Origin: an uncultured virus (IMG/VR IMGVR_UViG_3300017956_000004)
Taxonomy: Duplodnaviria > Heunggongvirae > Uroviricota > Caudoviricetes
IMG/VR virus record: IMGVR_UViG_3300017956_000004
Strand: one strand, 5' to 3'
Length of the DNA stretch: 55,589 nt
Shown: positions 1-9,674 of the stretch, piece after piece
How positions within the stretch are numbered: the first letter of the stretch is position 1
Layout: each line of letters opens with the position of its first letter
Translations under genes and position numbers: made by a program
Notes under the pieces: model-generated
What the model saw: only the letters and a program-made list of their open reading frames with translations
Database searches by the model: none
Told to the model about the DNA's origin: nothing

Positions 1-1
1 T

Positions 2-1048
2 GAAAACATTTACGGTGCAGACGTTGATGCACAAAACATAGTAGTAGACGTATTGGCAACAATTAACAGTGCTAATATCACATCTAGTTTAATCAGTTCA
101 GGAACAACCAACCTGGAGGGTGCATTAACCGCAAATGGCGCTATAATATTCAACAACACATTTTCTGCCAATAACCCAGTTACTATCAATACAACCCTGA
201 ACACCACTGGTGTATTAACATCAGATGCAAACATTGTAATGGGTGCCGGCGCAAACATCATACTGAACGGTGGTGAAGTTGTAGGATTACAATCAGTATC
301 ACAGTTTGATGTAACAGAAGAAACAAGTGGTAACAATAATAGACGATTAGTATTTGTTAATGGTGCTGGTGCAGCTTCAGGTAAAATTGATCCTGCATTA
401 ACATATAATCCAGATAGTGGTAAATTAACAACAACAGAATTAGATGTAAACGGTGATTTAACGATTGGTGGTGCGTCAAGTAGTTTAACAATAACAAGTG
501 GTGCTATTAGTGTTACAGGAACTATAGGTGCAACCGGAATAATCGAGGGTGGTACATTAACTGACGGTACTTTAAGTACTACTGCTGGTACCATTACAGG
601 CGGTGTTGCTGCATCATTCAGTGGTACAGTAACAGCAAACCTATTTAGTGGTACAGCAACAGCGGCACAATACGCTGACTTGGCTGAGATATACGCAAGT
701 GATGAACAATATGAACCAGGCACAGTTGTGAAACTGGGCGGTAGTGCAGAAATTACTCAGACTGACTCACATGCTGACACTGACGTGTTTGGTGTTATCT
801 CAACAGATCCAGCATACTTAATGAATAAAGATGCAGACGGATTACCAGTTGCAATGACAGGTAGAGTACCAGTTAAAGTAATTGGTAAAGTTGCCAAAGG
901 TGAGAGACTTGTTAGTTCAGATGTTCCTGGTGTTGCATGGGCATTAGGTAATGACGCATACGATCCTAGAGCAGTGATTGGCAGAAGTTTACAGAATAAA
1001 GATGACGGTGACCCTGGTATTATAGAAGCAGTAATAGGTGTCAAGTAG
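2..1048 (+). CDS. Tail fibre/spike protein, C-terminal part (5'-truncated by the window), with a Peptidase_G2/IMC-like autocleaving chaperone C-terminus
   Basis: Frame is open from base 2. G/T/S-rich beta-repeat stalk followed by 'YADLAEIY..D..YEPGTVV..GG..EIT..VFGVISTDPAYLMN..PVAMTGRVPVKVIG..GERLVSS..PG', typical of phage fibre C-terminal chaperone domains. Confidence 0.75.
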   Translation, partial: ENIYGADVDAQNIVVDVLATINSANITSSLISSGTTNLEGALTANGAIIFNNTFSANNPVTINTTLNTTGVLTSDANIVMGAGANIILNGGEVVGLQSVSQFDVTEETSGNNNRRLVFVNGAGAASGKIDPALTYNPDSGKLTTTELDVNGDLTIGGASSSLTITSGAISVTGTIGATGIIEGGTLTDGTLSTTAGTITGGVAASFSGTVTANLFSGTATAAQYADLAEIYASDEQYEPGTVVKLGGSAEITQTDSHADTDVFGVISTDPAYLMNKDADGLPVAMTGRVPVKVIGKVAKGERLVSSDVPGVAWALGNDAYDPRAVIGRSLQNKDDGDPGIIEAVIGVK

Positions 1049-1055
1049 ATAAATA
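1048..1055 (+). promoter_or_regulatory. T4-type late promoter box GATAAATA
   Basis: Resembles the T4 late consensus TATAAATA; intergenic, 28 nt before the ATG at 1083. Confidence 0.55.
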
Positions 1056-1082
1056 TTAAATATAAATTGTAGGGGATTTTAA

Positions 1083-2054
1083 ATGGCAAGTGGCTCAACA
1101 GTAACAGCAGACGGGTTAACCACAATGACACAAGTCGTTGCTGGTACAGACTTGGTGGATGCTGATGACTTCAATAATGCTAGAACTAATGTAGATAAAT
1201 TATTAGGTGCCGCTTATGATGTCACCTTAGGCACATATGATGCAACCTTCTCATATGGTTGGGGTCAAGGTGGTGCCGGCGTAAGTTCTGCAACAGTAGG
1301 CAACACTGTACAAGATACAGGTGCTGGTGGTTTTAAAGATTTACAGGATGACGTACAGGCAATGTGTGCATTCCTAGGCGTCACAGTTAGAAGTGGTGTT
1401 GAAACTGATGTAACCACGTCAGATACAATCACTGCAGCAACCTGGAATAACTTGATGTTAAATATTCAGGATTGCTGGAACGCACGATTTTCACCAAATG
1501 GTCGCACAGCGAGTACAGACGCTAGTACTGCTAGAACAACAGCATGGACTAATACATTAACACAAGAAACAACCTGGACATTCGCCAGTGAAGCAGATTG
1601 TAGAGCATTTTTTAACGGTGGTGGTGCAGTAGGTGTTAGTGCTAGCAGAAGTGGCGGTGGTACAAACACTCAGAATACCCAGTGGACAAATAAATTATCC
1701 AATTTGGGTGATGTTTGGTTATACCACAATAACACAGTAAGTGGTGCAGGTACTCCAGACGGTATTGGTTTTTACGAACTAACAACTTCATATCAGCAGT
1801 TGGTTATTTACTACGGTGGTGCAGCTCCATATTCAAATGACTATGCTCAAGTATCAGCAAAAGTAAACAGTACAACTAACCCAACTGTGGTAACAATTAA
1901 AATGACATTGCTTGACGATGGCGATAACGTTATCGACGCAAGTCCAGACGGTACATTAACTATTAACGCAAGACGTAACCAACCAGACGCAAGTGGTTCA
2001 GGATTTAGTTTCCCAGTTCCAACAGACAGTCAGGGTGCTATCTCAGGCAGTTAA
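1083..2054 (+). CDS. Virion structural protein (baseplate/tail associated)
   Basis: T/G/S-rich 323 aa with 'YGWGQ', 'ITAATWNNL', 'F..EADCRAFFNGGG', 'IGFYELTTSYQ' motifs, which I recognise from jumbo-phage tail/baseplate proteins; follows the fibre gene. Confidence 0.6.
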   Translation: MASGSTVTADGLTTMTQVVAGTDLVDADDFNNARTNVDKLLGAAYDVTLGTYDATFSYGWGQGGAGVSSATVGNTVQDTGAGGFKDLQDDVQAMCAFLGVTVRSGVETDVTTSDTITAATWNNLMLNIQDCWNARFSPNGRTASTDASTARTTAWTNTLTQETTWTFASEADCRAFFNGGGAVGVSASRSGGGTNTQNTQWTNKLSNLGDVWLYHNNTVSGAGTPDGIGFYELTTSYQQLVIYYGGAAPYSNDYAQVSAKVNSTTNPTVVTIKMTLLDDGDNVIDASPDGTLTINARRNQPDASGSGFSFPVPTDSQGAISGS

Positions 2055-2067
2055 TATTAACACTATC

Positions 2068-2093
2068 AAAAAGCCGGCGTTGCCGGCTTTTTT
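2068..2093 (+). terminator. Rho-independent terminator (probably bidirectional)
   Basis: AAAAAGCCGGC-GTT-GCCGGCTTTTTT. Confidence 0.85.
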
Positions 2094-2113
2094 ATGACTA
2101 AAATATCTGGCAT

Positions 2114-2121
2114 TATAAATA
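2114..2121 (+). promoter_or_regulatory. T4-type late promoter TATAAATA
   Basis: Exact consensus just after the terminator and before the ORF at 2155. Confidence 0.75.
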
Positions 2122-2154
2122 GTGTAAAGGTATATAGAACACACAGGATTTAAC

Positions 2155-2517
2155 ATGAGTGACTCAAAACTTTCCAAAGCACTGGAGTTTGCAAATTACA
2201 GATTAACAATGAATAATCAGCAAGCTCAACTACGTGCAAAAACTGAAGGACTTCTATGCTATAGTATTAATGGAGGTTCTTTTAACATAGACCGCGAACT
2301 TATAACATTTTGCAAAATGCTTATAGACTCTGGTACAGAATCTGCTGTATTGATGGATGTGTACAATAACCCTATACTGGTTGATATTGCACCTTTTTAT
2401 GAAGAAATACTCAGTAGATATTTCGAAGTAACAAATGATTATTACATAGAATACGACAGAATTCGTAAATCAAGGAAAACACACAAAGTACTAAATCTAA
2501 ATGAAGAAGGCGAGTAA
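2155..2517 (+). CDS. Phage hypothetical protein (possible tail assembly chaperone)
   Basis: 120-aa ORF with SD (CAGGA); first gene after the late promoter. Confidence 0.55.
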   Translation: MSDSKLSKALEFANYRLTMNNQQAQLRAKTEGLLCYSINGGSFNIDRELITFCKMLIDSGTESAVLMDVYNNPILVDIAPFYEEILSRYFEVTNDYYIEYDRIRKSRKTHKVLNLNEEGE

Positions 2518-3472
2518 ACCCAGTCGCGGCATTTTAATGTTCGCACATAACAATCAGGAAATCGATTATATAAAACTAGCAGTACTAAACTCTCTGTTAG
2601 CTCAAAAACATTTGGGTTTAAATCCTGACCAAGTAACCATAGTTACAGATCAAGATACATATGATTATGCTCAGGAGAGCATAGATCCCGACGAGTTTAC
2701 AGATGCTAGCACAAACTATATTATAACACAAACTGATTATGATTTCAAGTACCGTAACACCAGAACATACAAAGATACCAGTCTAAGCCCTAAAACATTG
2801 CCTTTTTATAATGTTAACAGAGCAGACGCATACGAACTATCCCCTTATGATGAAACCATTCTAATAGATGCGGATTATTTGGTACTTAGTGATGTGCTAA
2901 ATCGTTGTTGGGGACATAATAATGAAATCATGATGAATTGGGAATACAAGGATGTGGCCACAGATAGAAGATTCCCTGATTTAGATAGACTTAATCCACT
3001 GGGTATCACAATGTATTGGGCGACTGTGGTTTACTTTCGTAAAACTCCAGAAGTGGAAACATTTTTTAATTTAGTGAAGCATGTTAGAGATAACCGAGAG
3101 TATTATGCAGGACTATATAAATTCCATAATGCCATATACAGGAATGATTTTAGTTTTAGTATAGCAGCTCATAGTTGGGGAGGATACATAGACAAAGCAT
3201 TACCTCAATTACCGTTTACACTATATAAAACTTTTGACAATGACGACATTTATGATGTCAAAGGTGATGCTATATATCTATATACTGAAAAGGCCAAATC
3301 TCCTGGAGATTTTTCATTAGTTAGATGGCAAGGACACGATATACATATCATGAATAAATGGGCTATTGGTAGAGTCACGGCGGGACTTATGGCTTATGCA
3401 TTACAGGACGAAAAAGAAGAAGAACCTTTCTGGATTATCAGAACACCTCTAATAGAGGGAACAATGTTATGA
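2501..3472 (+). CDS. GT-A fold (GT8-like) glycosyltransferase
   Basis: 'SPYDETILIDADY' DxD motif, 'RNDFSFSIA', 'HIMNK'. Confidence 0.65.
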   Translation: MKKASKPSRGILMFAHNNQEIDYIKLAVLNSLLAQKHLGLNPDQVTIVTDQDTYDYAQESIDPDEFTDASTNYIITQTDYDFKYRNTRTYKDTSLSPKTLPFYNVNRADAYELSPYDETILIDADYLVLSDVLNRCWGHNNEIMMNWEYKDVATDRRFPDLDRLNPLGITMYWATVVYFRKTPEVETFFNLVKHVRDNREYYAGLYKFHNAIYRNDFSFSIAAHSWGGYIDKALPQLPFTLYKTFDNDDIYDVKGDAIYLYTEKAKSPGDFSLVRWQGHDIHIMNKWAIGRVTAGLMAYALQDEKEEEPFWIIRTPLIEGTML

Positions 3473-4332
3473 GTAGAGGATATATTGTAATAGCACAGAA
3501 CACAAAAAAGGTTGACTACTTACGTCAAGCCTACGCACTTGCCTTAAACCTAAAGTTAACACAGAGCACAGTGAGTAATCTAACAGTATGCGTAGACAAA
3601 CAAACAAAAAAGAAAATCACAGATAAGCATCGCGAAGTTTTTGATCACATTGTGGATATTCCCTGGAACGATGCCGCAACCAAGTCCAAATGGAAAATAG
3701 AAAACAAGTGGAAATATTATTACATGACACCGTATGATGAAACTGTTATACTGGATACTGACATGATATTCCCCACAGATGTAAGTCACTGGTGGGACAC
3801 TTTGGCACAACAGGATGTATGGGCAACAACAAATGTGCGAACATACAGAGATGAAATAGTTACAAGTAACTATTATAGAAAATATTTTGAAGCCAACGAA
3901 CTTCCTAACGTGTATACTGCATTTATGTATTTTAAAAAGTCAGAGCTCGCCGCGGAATTATTTGCAATGACTGAAATAATTTTTAATAACTGGAAACGAT
4001 TTTTCTTTAAGTACATGCCAAAAGGCAAGCCAGACTGGTTAAGTGGAGATGTTGCATTTGCATTGGCGATGCAAATATTAGGAATAGAACATGAGTGTAC
4101 TAGAGATAATATGAAAGAATATCCAACGTTTGTGCACATGAAAAGCAATATACAAAATGCAATGGGCATGCCGTTATATGATACATGGACAGACAGTCTA
4201 CCCACGTATTACAGAAATTATAATGATTTTAAAGTAGCAAACTTTCAACAAACACGACCTTTTCACTATGTGGAAAAAGATTGGTTAACAGACGAAATGC
4301 TTGCACAAATGGAGACAGAATACCATGACTGA
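3469..4332 (+). CDS. GT-A fold (GT8-like) glycosyltransferase, paralogue of the upstream gene
   Basis: 'TPYDETVILDTDM' DxD motif, 'SGDVAFALA', 'FVHMK', 'FHYVEK'. Confidence 0.65.
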   Translation: MSRGYIVIAQNTKKVDYLRQAYALALNLKLTQSTVSNLTVCVDKQTKKKITDKHREVFDHIVDIPWNDAATKSKWKIENKWKYYYMTPYDETVILDTDMIFPTDVSHWWDTLAQQDVWATTNVRTYRDEIVTSNYYRKYFEANELPNVYTAFMYFKKSELAAELFAMTEIIFNNWKRFFFKYMPKGKPDWLSGDVAFALAMQILGIEHECTRDNMKEYPTFVHMKSNIQNAMGMPLYDTWTDSLPTYYRNYNDFKVANFQQTRPFHYVEKDWLTDEMLAQMETEYHD

Positions 4333-5002
4333 TAAAATACAAAGCGAAAACATTTCAGATGCTGCCCTTGCTCGTAAAAAAGCGTTTGCTGACTCAAAAA
4401 AATCTGCTGGCGGAGTTAATAAATTAATTCTAAAAAATCAAAAAAGAAGTCACAAAGTATACTTTAACGAGGAAGGAACCATTCTGGCGTTGACCGGTGA
4501 GCAAACTTTTGACCCAGATCCTGCTTGGCTAACTTACGACTTTACCCAAGAACAATTACAAATTTTAGTGGATAATCGCTTAGAGGACTATGAGATAGTA
4601 CCTAACGAAAAAGACGACACAGTATATTATATCAGAATTAAACCTATTGAGACCAAATTTATAGACGCAAAGCAGGATTTTCTGTATGAAATCACCAGAG
4701 AGAAACGTAAAGGTTGGGCTATACAGGTAGAGATCACAAAGGATAAACTAAAGGTAGCAATCAGTAAAACCACATTAAAACAATATGAAGGAATATATCC
4801 TATCAGTGCCACAGTAAACGGGCAACGACTGCTAAGATTTTATATCACTTCTAAAAATGATCCACATACGTTATTTGGGTATCATTTAGTATCACTTGCA
4901 GATCTGATATCAGACGGTGGTGTGGAAATTGATATGCCGTATGATTTCAGAGACTATAGTATCTATACACACAAACTGTTTGACACCTACATCAGAAAGT
5001 AG
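4325..5002 (+). CDS. Hypothetical protein
   Basis: ATG at 4325 overlaps the upstream stop; no recognisable motif. Confidence 0.6.
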   Translation: MTDKIQSENISDAALARKKAFADSKKSAGGVNKLILKNQKRSHKVYFNEEGTILALTGEQTFDPDPAWLTYDFTQEQLQILVDNRLEDYEIVPNEKDDTVYYIRIKPIETKFIDAKQDFLYEITREKRKGWAIQVEITKDKLKVAISKTTLKQYEGIYPISATVNGQRLLRFYITSKNDPHTLFGYHLVSLADLISDGGVEIDMPYDFRDYSIYTHKLFDTYIRK

Positions 5003-5022
5003 TTTTGGCATTCTGAGCTCGT

Positions 5023-5030
5023 CATAAATA
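5023..5030 (+). promoter_or_regulatory. Late promoter box CATAAATA
   Basis: Intergenic, before the ATG at 5055. Confidence 0.6.
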
Positions 5031-5054
5031 TAGATATTACACAGGTAAAATCAC

Positions 5055-6059
5055 ATGGCTAAAATTGACGTCACAGAACTAGACATATTTTACATATCTT
5101 ATGACGAACCCAACTGCGAAGAGCATTGGGCTGATCTGTTGAACAAAGTGCCCTGGGCAAAAAGAGTTCACGGAGTCAAAGGCTTTGATGCCGCACATAA
5201 AGAATGTGCAAAGCAATCAGAAACAGATAGATTTATCACTGTAGATGGTGATAATATTGTCATGGATGACTTTTTTGAACAAGTGCTTGATGTACCAGAT
5301 TCTGATCATGACGGTAATAATATTTCAGAAAGTATTTTTAGTTGGAACGGTAAGAATATTCTTAACGGCTTAGTGTATGGTAATGGTGGACTCAAGTGTT
5401 GGCCGCGCCAATATGTATTAGACATGAAAACACACGAAGCGGCTGACGATGAAGAGGGTATGGAATTTTGTTGGAAGTTAAATTATATTCAACTTAATGA
5501 TACATACAGCGAAGTACATCAAACTGCATCACCATTCCAAGCATTTAGAGCAGGATTCAGAGAAGGCGTTAAAATGAGTTTGGATCAAGGCAAACGTGTT
5601 GCACCAGACGATTTTTTAGAAAAAATATGGTGGCAAAATTACAACAGACTACAAACATGGTGCAACATTGGCTCAGATGTTGAAAACGGCTTGTGGGCTA
5701 TATATGGTGCAAGACTTGGTTGTGAGAAAGCAGTGCTCACAGATTGGAATACTAACGAAATATCAGATTACGAATGGTTTAAGTCGTTCTTTTTTGATGA
5801 AGTTGCAGCCAAGGCAGACGGCCTAAATGATAAAAAGTGTCCTTACACAAAACAAGAATGGGACAGTAACATGCTGTATAAAGAAGTGTGCAGTTTAGGT
5901 CGAGTGTTGAATGAAAGCATTAATGAAATGATGCTGTTTGATCCTGATCCCCAAATGTGTAAGTTCTTTAAAAAGACCTATGTAAATCCCAGACGTTGGG
6001 GTGTGATGGTCAGAGAGAAACAAATACAAGAGCTACTTGAAAAAGGTTTATTGCAATAG
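5055..6059 (+). CDS. Phage GT-A-like glycosyltransferase
   Basis: 'DIFYISYDEPN', 'HGVKGFDAAH', 'ITVDGD' (DxD), 'YGNGGLKCW', 'AFRAGFREGVKM'; homologous to the last module of the 27861 protein. Confidence 0.6.
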   Translation: MAKIDVTELDIFYISYDEPNCEEHWADLLNKVPWAKRVHGVKGFDAAHKECAKQSETDRFITVDGDNIVMDDFFEQVLDVPDSDHDGNNISESIFSWNGKNILNGLVYGNGGLKCWPRQYVLDMKTHEAADDEEGMEFCWKLNYIQLNDTYSEVHQTASPFQAFRAGFREGVKMSLDQGKRVAPDDFLEKIWWQNYNRLQTWCNIGSDVENGLWAIYGARLGCEKAVLTDWNTNEISDYEWFKSFFFDEVAAKADGLNDKKCPYTKQEWDSNMLYKEVCSLGRVLNESINEMMLFDPDPQMCKFFKKTYVNPRRWGVMVREKQIQELLEKGLLQ

Positions 6060-6322
6060 TGAAAGACGCACAAAAATTTATATCAGAAGCAAAGTCTGGT
6101 GTAGTAACTGTGGTATTCAAAAAAATTAACACAGAAGAAATCAGAGTTATGCCTTGTACATTAAACTCTGACGTTGCAGGAAAGGACATTGTTATCAAAG
6201 ACTTTGATGCACTTAGTGATAACTTGGTTGTATGGTGTTTGGATAAAGACGCATATAGAAGTTTTCGTGTTAACACAGTGATAAAGTGGTATACAGGGTA
6301 TCCAGAGGGTTATGAGTTGTAA
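6059..6322 (+). CDS. WYL_2/DUF2693 Sm-like small protein (T4 61.1-like)
   Basis: 'VVFKKINTEEIRVMPCTL...VWCLDKDAYRSFR' pattern; GTG start. Confidence 0.65.
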   Translation: MKDAQKFISEAKSGVVTVVFKKINTEEIRVMPCTLNSDVAGKDIVIKDFDALSDNLVVWCLDKDAYRSFRVNTVIKWYTGYPEGYEL

Positions 6323-7058
6323 ACTGTATGCCAATATAGGCTTATACCATGAGAATAATTGGGATCTGTTAGAAAGCAGACTAATTGCCGCAGCTCAGTG
6401 CAATGCTGATGCTGTAGTTATAAACAAAAGCACACCCAGAGAAATTATACCAGAAGAAAAGAAATATGTTTCAGTAAACAGTCCATGGGGCAGTATGCCT
6501 TATTTAGAGCTTGCTAATCGCAGTGAAATAACACCAGAAAACATGGAAAAATTGGATAAACTTGCAAGCAATGTGGGTATTCCTCTTATCTGGAGCACTA
6601 CAGACAGCTACGCTGCAGAGCATATAAAAGAGTTTACCAGTTGTACCACAATCAAGTTACACAAGGACAGTGTTAACGTCTATGAGCTTTGTCGTTACTG
6701 TAAGAGCAACTTCGAGCATGTTATATACAACACTGAGCACTATGAGGAAATAAAGTCTATCTATTCCAACGGTGCTAATAAAAAGAAGTTTTCTATATAT
6801 TATACCACAGAAAGTTTCCCACCCAAAGCAGAAGAGTTAACCTTTTCTGAGCTAGATTGGTTTATTAAATCTAATCACACCACAGGGTACGAGGGTCGCG
6901 AAGCCGGTATTTTTCCCTGTTTGGCATTAGGATATTATGGTGTAGAGTATATTGAAAAGTATCTGGGAGAACCAGACACCGGACACGAAAGTATCCTGAC
7001 ACCAGCACAATTTTATGATTTGTTCAACAGTTTACATATCATGGAATCTGCACTCTAA
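6312..7058 (+). CDS. Divergent NeuB-family (sialic/nonulosonic acid synthase-like) TIM-barrel protein without a C-terminal SAF domain
   Basis: Weak match to the NeuB layout: 'ANIGLYH', 'AAAQCNADAV', 'SPWG..Y', 'GVEYIEKY'; several catalytic motifs are altered. Confidence 0.5.
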   Translation: MSCKLYANIGLYHENNWDLLESRLIAAAQCNADAVVINKSTPREIIPEEKKYVSVNSPWGSMPYLELANRSEITPENMEKLDKLASNVGIPLIWSTTDSYAAEHIKEFTSCTTIKLHKDSVNVYELCRYCKSNFEHVIYNTEHYEEIKSIYSNGANKKKFSIYYTTESFPPKAEELTFSELDWFIKSNHTTGYEGREAGIFPCLALGYYGVEYIEKYLGEPDTGHESILTPAQFYDLFNSLHIMESAL

Positions 7059-7084
7059 AAATCAGTAATACCGCTGAATCACTT

Positions 7085-7092
7085 TATAAATA
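7085..7092 (+). promoter_or_regulatory. Late promoter TATAAATA
   Basis: Exact consensus before the UDP-sugar dehydrogenase gene. Confidence 0.75.
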
Positions 7093-7129
7093 TAACTGTG
7101 CATAATGCACTACAATACAGGAGATACAA

Positions 7130-8449
7130 ATGGCCTCGATCGGATTTATCGGGGTGGGCAAGTTAGGACAAGCCTGCGCCGAAATGGTCGCTGAGGTCCA
7201 TGATGTTGTAGGGTACGATGTAGAGCCAAGAGAACCAGAGAACTTTACAATGGTTCCCAATTTGGTAGATGCTGTAAGGGGACAAGACATTGTCTTTGTT
7301 GCTGTACAGACTCCGCATGATCCACAATATGATGGTAAAGCACCAACCAGCCATTTGCCAAACAAAGACTTTGATTACACACTAGTAAAAAAAGTTTTGT
7401 CAGAGGTAAATGAGGTTGCAACTCAGGATCAACTAATAGTCCTAATATCAACAGTACTACCAGGTACAGTTCGCAGAGAACTGGTTCCGCTATTGCCAAA
7501 TACTCGCTTTGTGTATAACCCATATCTAATTGCTATGGGTACAGTTAAGTGGGATATGGTTAATCCAGAAATGGTAATGATCGGAACTGAAGATGGTAGC
7601 GAAACGGGAGATGCAAAAGAACTTGTAGACTTCTACAAAACAATCATGCAAAACGATCCACGTTATGTTATAGGCACATGGGACGAATGTGAATGTATTA
7701 AAGTATTTTACAACACATTTATTTCAGCAAAAGTCAGCCTAGTAAACATGATACAAGACGTCGCAGAGAAGCAGGGCAACATTAATGCAGAAGTTGTATG
7801 TGATGCTCTTGCTACATCAGATAGACGTATTATGGGACCAGGTTATATGAAACCTGGCATGGGCGATGGCGGCGCTTGTCACCCCAGAGATAACATTGCA
7901 CTACGTTGGATGGCAGACAATTTAGACTTAGGTTATGATTTGTTTGATGCTGTTATGCGTAGCAGAGAAGTACAAGCAGAGAACATGGCAAAGCAGTTAG
8001 TAGATCTTGCCACAATTGGTGCTGGTGTATCACCACAGATGCCAGTAGTAATTGTTGGCAAAGCCTACAAGCCATTGGTACCATATGATGCAGGTTCCAG
8101 CAGTATGTTAGTTGGACACTATGTTGAGCAACAGGGTGCTGAACTGCATTACTTGGATGAAGTAATGGAAGAGATTCCATCAGACGATATCCTGAGTAAG
8201 CCAGCAGTTTACTTGCTAGCACACAATCCGGAAATCACTTATGGTGAGCAACTGGACTTTGTTAAAGGCTGGTATGATGAACACAGAGTTACAGGTGCTG
8301 ATGAAGCCCTCACTGTGGCAACTGCAAATGGTACAGAGCTAAACTTTGCTGAAGGCAGTGTGGTTGTTGACCCATGGAGGAAGATTCCTAAACTGGATGG
8401 CATAACAGTTATTCATTACGGGAATACTAGAAAGGATGCATTGAGATAA
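7130..8449 (+). CDS. ugd: UDP-glucose/GDP-mannose 6-dehydrogenase family protein
   Basis: GxGxxG ('GVGKLG'), 'STVLPGT', 'KVFYNTFISAK', catalytic 'GGACHPRD'. Confidence 0.85.
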   Translation: MASIGFIGVGKLGQACAEMVAEVHDVVGYDVEPREPENFTMVPNLVDAVRGQDIVFVAVQTPHDPQYDGKAPTSHLPNKDFDYTLVKKVLSEVNEVATQDQLIVLISTVLPGTVRRELVPLLPNTRFVYNPYLIAMGTVKWDMVNPEMVMIGTEDGSETGDAKELVDFYKTIMQNDPRYVIGTWDECECIKVFYNTFISAKVSLVNMIQDVAEKQGNINAEVVCDALATSDRRIMGPGYMKPGMGDGGACHPRDNIALRWMADNLDLGYDLFDAVMRSREVQAENMAKQLVDLATIGAGVSPQMPVVIVGKAYKPLVPYDAGSSSMLVGHYVEQQGAELHYLDEVMEEIPSDDILSKPAVYLLAHNPEITYGEQLDFVKGWYDEHRVTGADEALTVATANGTELNFAEGSVVVDPWRKIPKLDGITVIHYGNTRKDALR

Positions 8450-8451
8450 GT

Positions 8452-9660
8452 ATGTCGGATCAAATTCATGACACATATTCAGTTAACAAGATAGAAGAAG
8501 GCCCAGATAAACTTTGGGTGTTGGAAATCTTTGGTGCTTATGCAGGAGCAAATTTTAGTCAAAAAAGATTAGAACGTCAGCTCACTGTGGCAAGGACCAG
8601 TGGATATAAATTTATACTGAGTAGGGTGTATGAGCCTAACATGTTATGGAATCATAAAACCCGACCAGAAGAATGTGTTTTTGTATTTGATGTTATTCAT
8701 GAAGCATGTGAAAACACTGGATTTGATCCGTCAAACTTTAAATTTATTTCAGGTAATGCTGTGGTCAATCGTTGTTATGAAGGTTGGTGTGAAGCAAACA
8801 ACATAACAAACAAAATCAAAGTAGTATATTGTGATTTTTGGATCACCACAGTGCTTGGTTTAGATCATGATGGTGGCGAAATAGATTGCAACGATCATCG
8901 TGAGAATATACAACGCCCTAAGTTTTTAACCTGTTTGAATAGAAGATTCAGGAAACAGAAGGGCGACACTATGGCATGGTTTTATCATAACAAAATTATG
9001 GAAAAACATGCAGATAAAATTATTACCAGTTTTATATTTGACGATTTAGATCTAACAGATCAAGGACACGAATTTGTAGAGAACTATGGAGAGATTTTAA
9101 AATCGTTCCCATCAAGTTTAGAAGATCCTGATACTGATAGACAAAGTCAGTCAGAAATGTATTACGATAAAACATATCCTGAACTGATGACTAATGCATA
9201 CGAAAAAGCAGTTATGGACAGTTATTTTGACATTGCCATAGACTATGTACAAAGTGAGGATTTTACAGAAGAAGAATTTGCGATATTAAAACAAGCGTTT
9301 CCCTGGTGGAAAGAAATGTTTATATCAGAAAAAGTATACAAAGTCATGGCGGCTAAGAAACCTTTTTTATTGTTTAATGAAAAGGGTGCCCTGGACTTTA
9401 TGAAAAAAACTTATGCCTTTCAGACATATGAATCAGTATTGTTCGACGAAACATACGATATATTTGACGATTATGATGAGCGACTTGATCGTGTGTTAGA
9501 TGAGGCATGGAAAATATTAGAACGTTTTGATTTAGCATATATACATGAGTCTGTATACAGCGGAGGTGTACAGGCAGTGATCAGACATAACCATAAACGT
9601 GTTATAGAGCTGGCTAAAAAATATCACATCATGTTAGAGCAAAATTTAAAAACGTTTTAA
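8452..9660 (+). CDS. GT-B/GT10-like glycosyltransferase paralogue 1
   Basis: 'KFLTCLNRRFR' and C-terminal 'FISEKVYK....KPF....G...TY...FDETYD'. Confidence 0.55.
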   Translation: MSDQIHDTYSVNKIEEGPDKLWVLEIFGAYAGANFSQKRLERQLTVARTSGYKFILSRVYEPNMLWNHKTRPEECVFVFDVIHEACENTGFDPSNFKFISGNAVVNRCYEGWCEANNITNKIKVVYCDFWITTVLGLDHDGGEIDCNDHRENIQRPKFLTCLNRRFRKQKGDTMAWFYHNKIMEKHADKIITSFIFDDLDLTDQGHEFVENYGEILKSFPSSLEDPDTDRQSQSEMYYDKTYPELMTNAYEKAVMDSYFDIAIDYVQSEDFTEEEFAILKQAFPWWKEMFISEKVYKVMAAKKPFLLFNEKGALDFMKKTYAFQTYESVLFDETYDIFDDYDERLDRVLDEAWKILERFDLAYIHESVYSGGVQAVIRHNHKRVIELAKKYHIMLEQNLKTF

Positions 9661-9674
9661 ACACAGGAATTATT

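Noticed and set aside
10..723. 237-aa ORF on the - strand (and the many other antisense/nested ORFs in the track)
   Set aside because: Shadow frames of well-supported genes on the opposite strand, with no SD or recognisable motifs.
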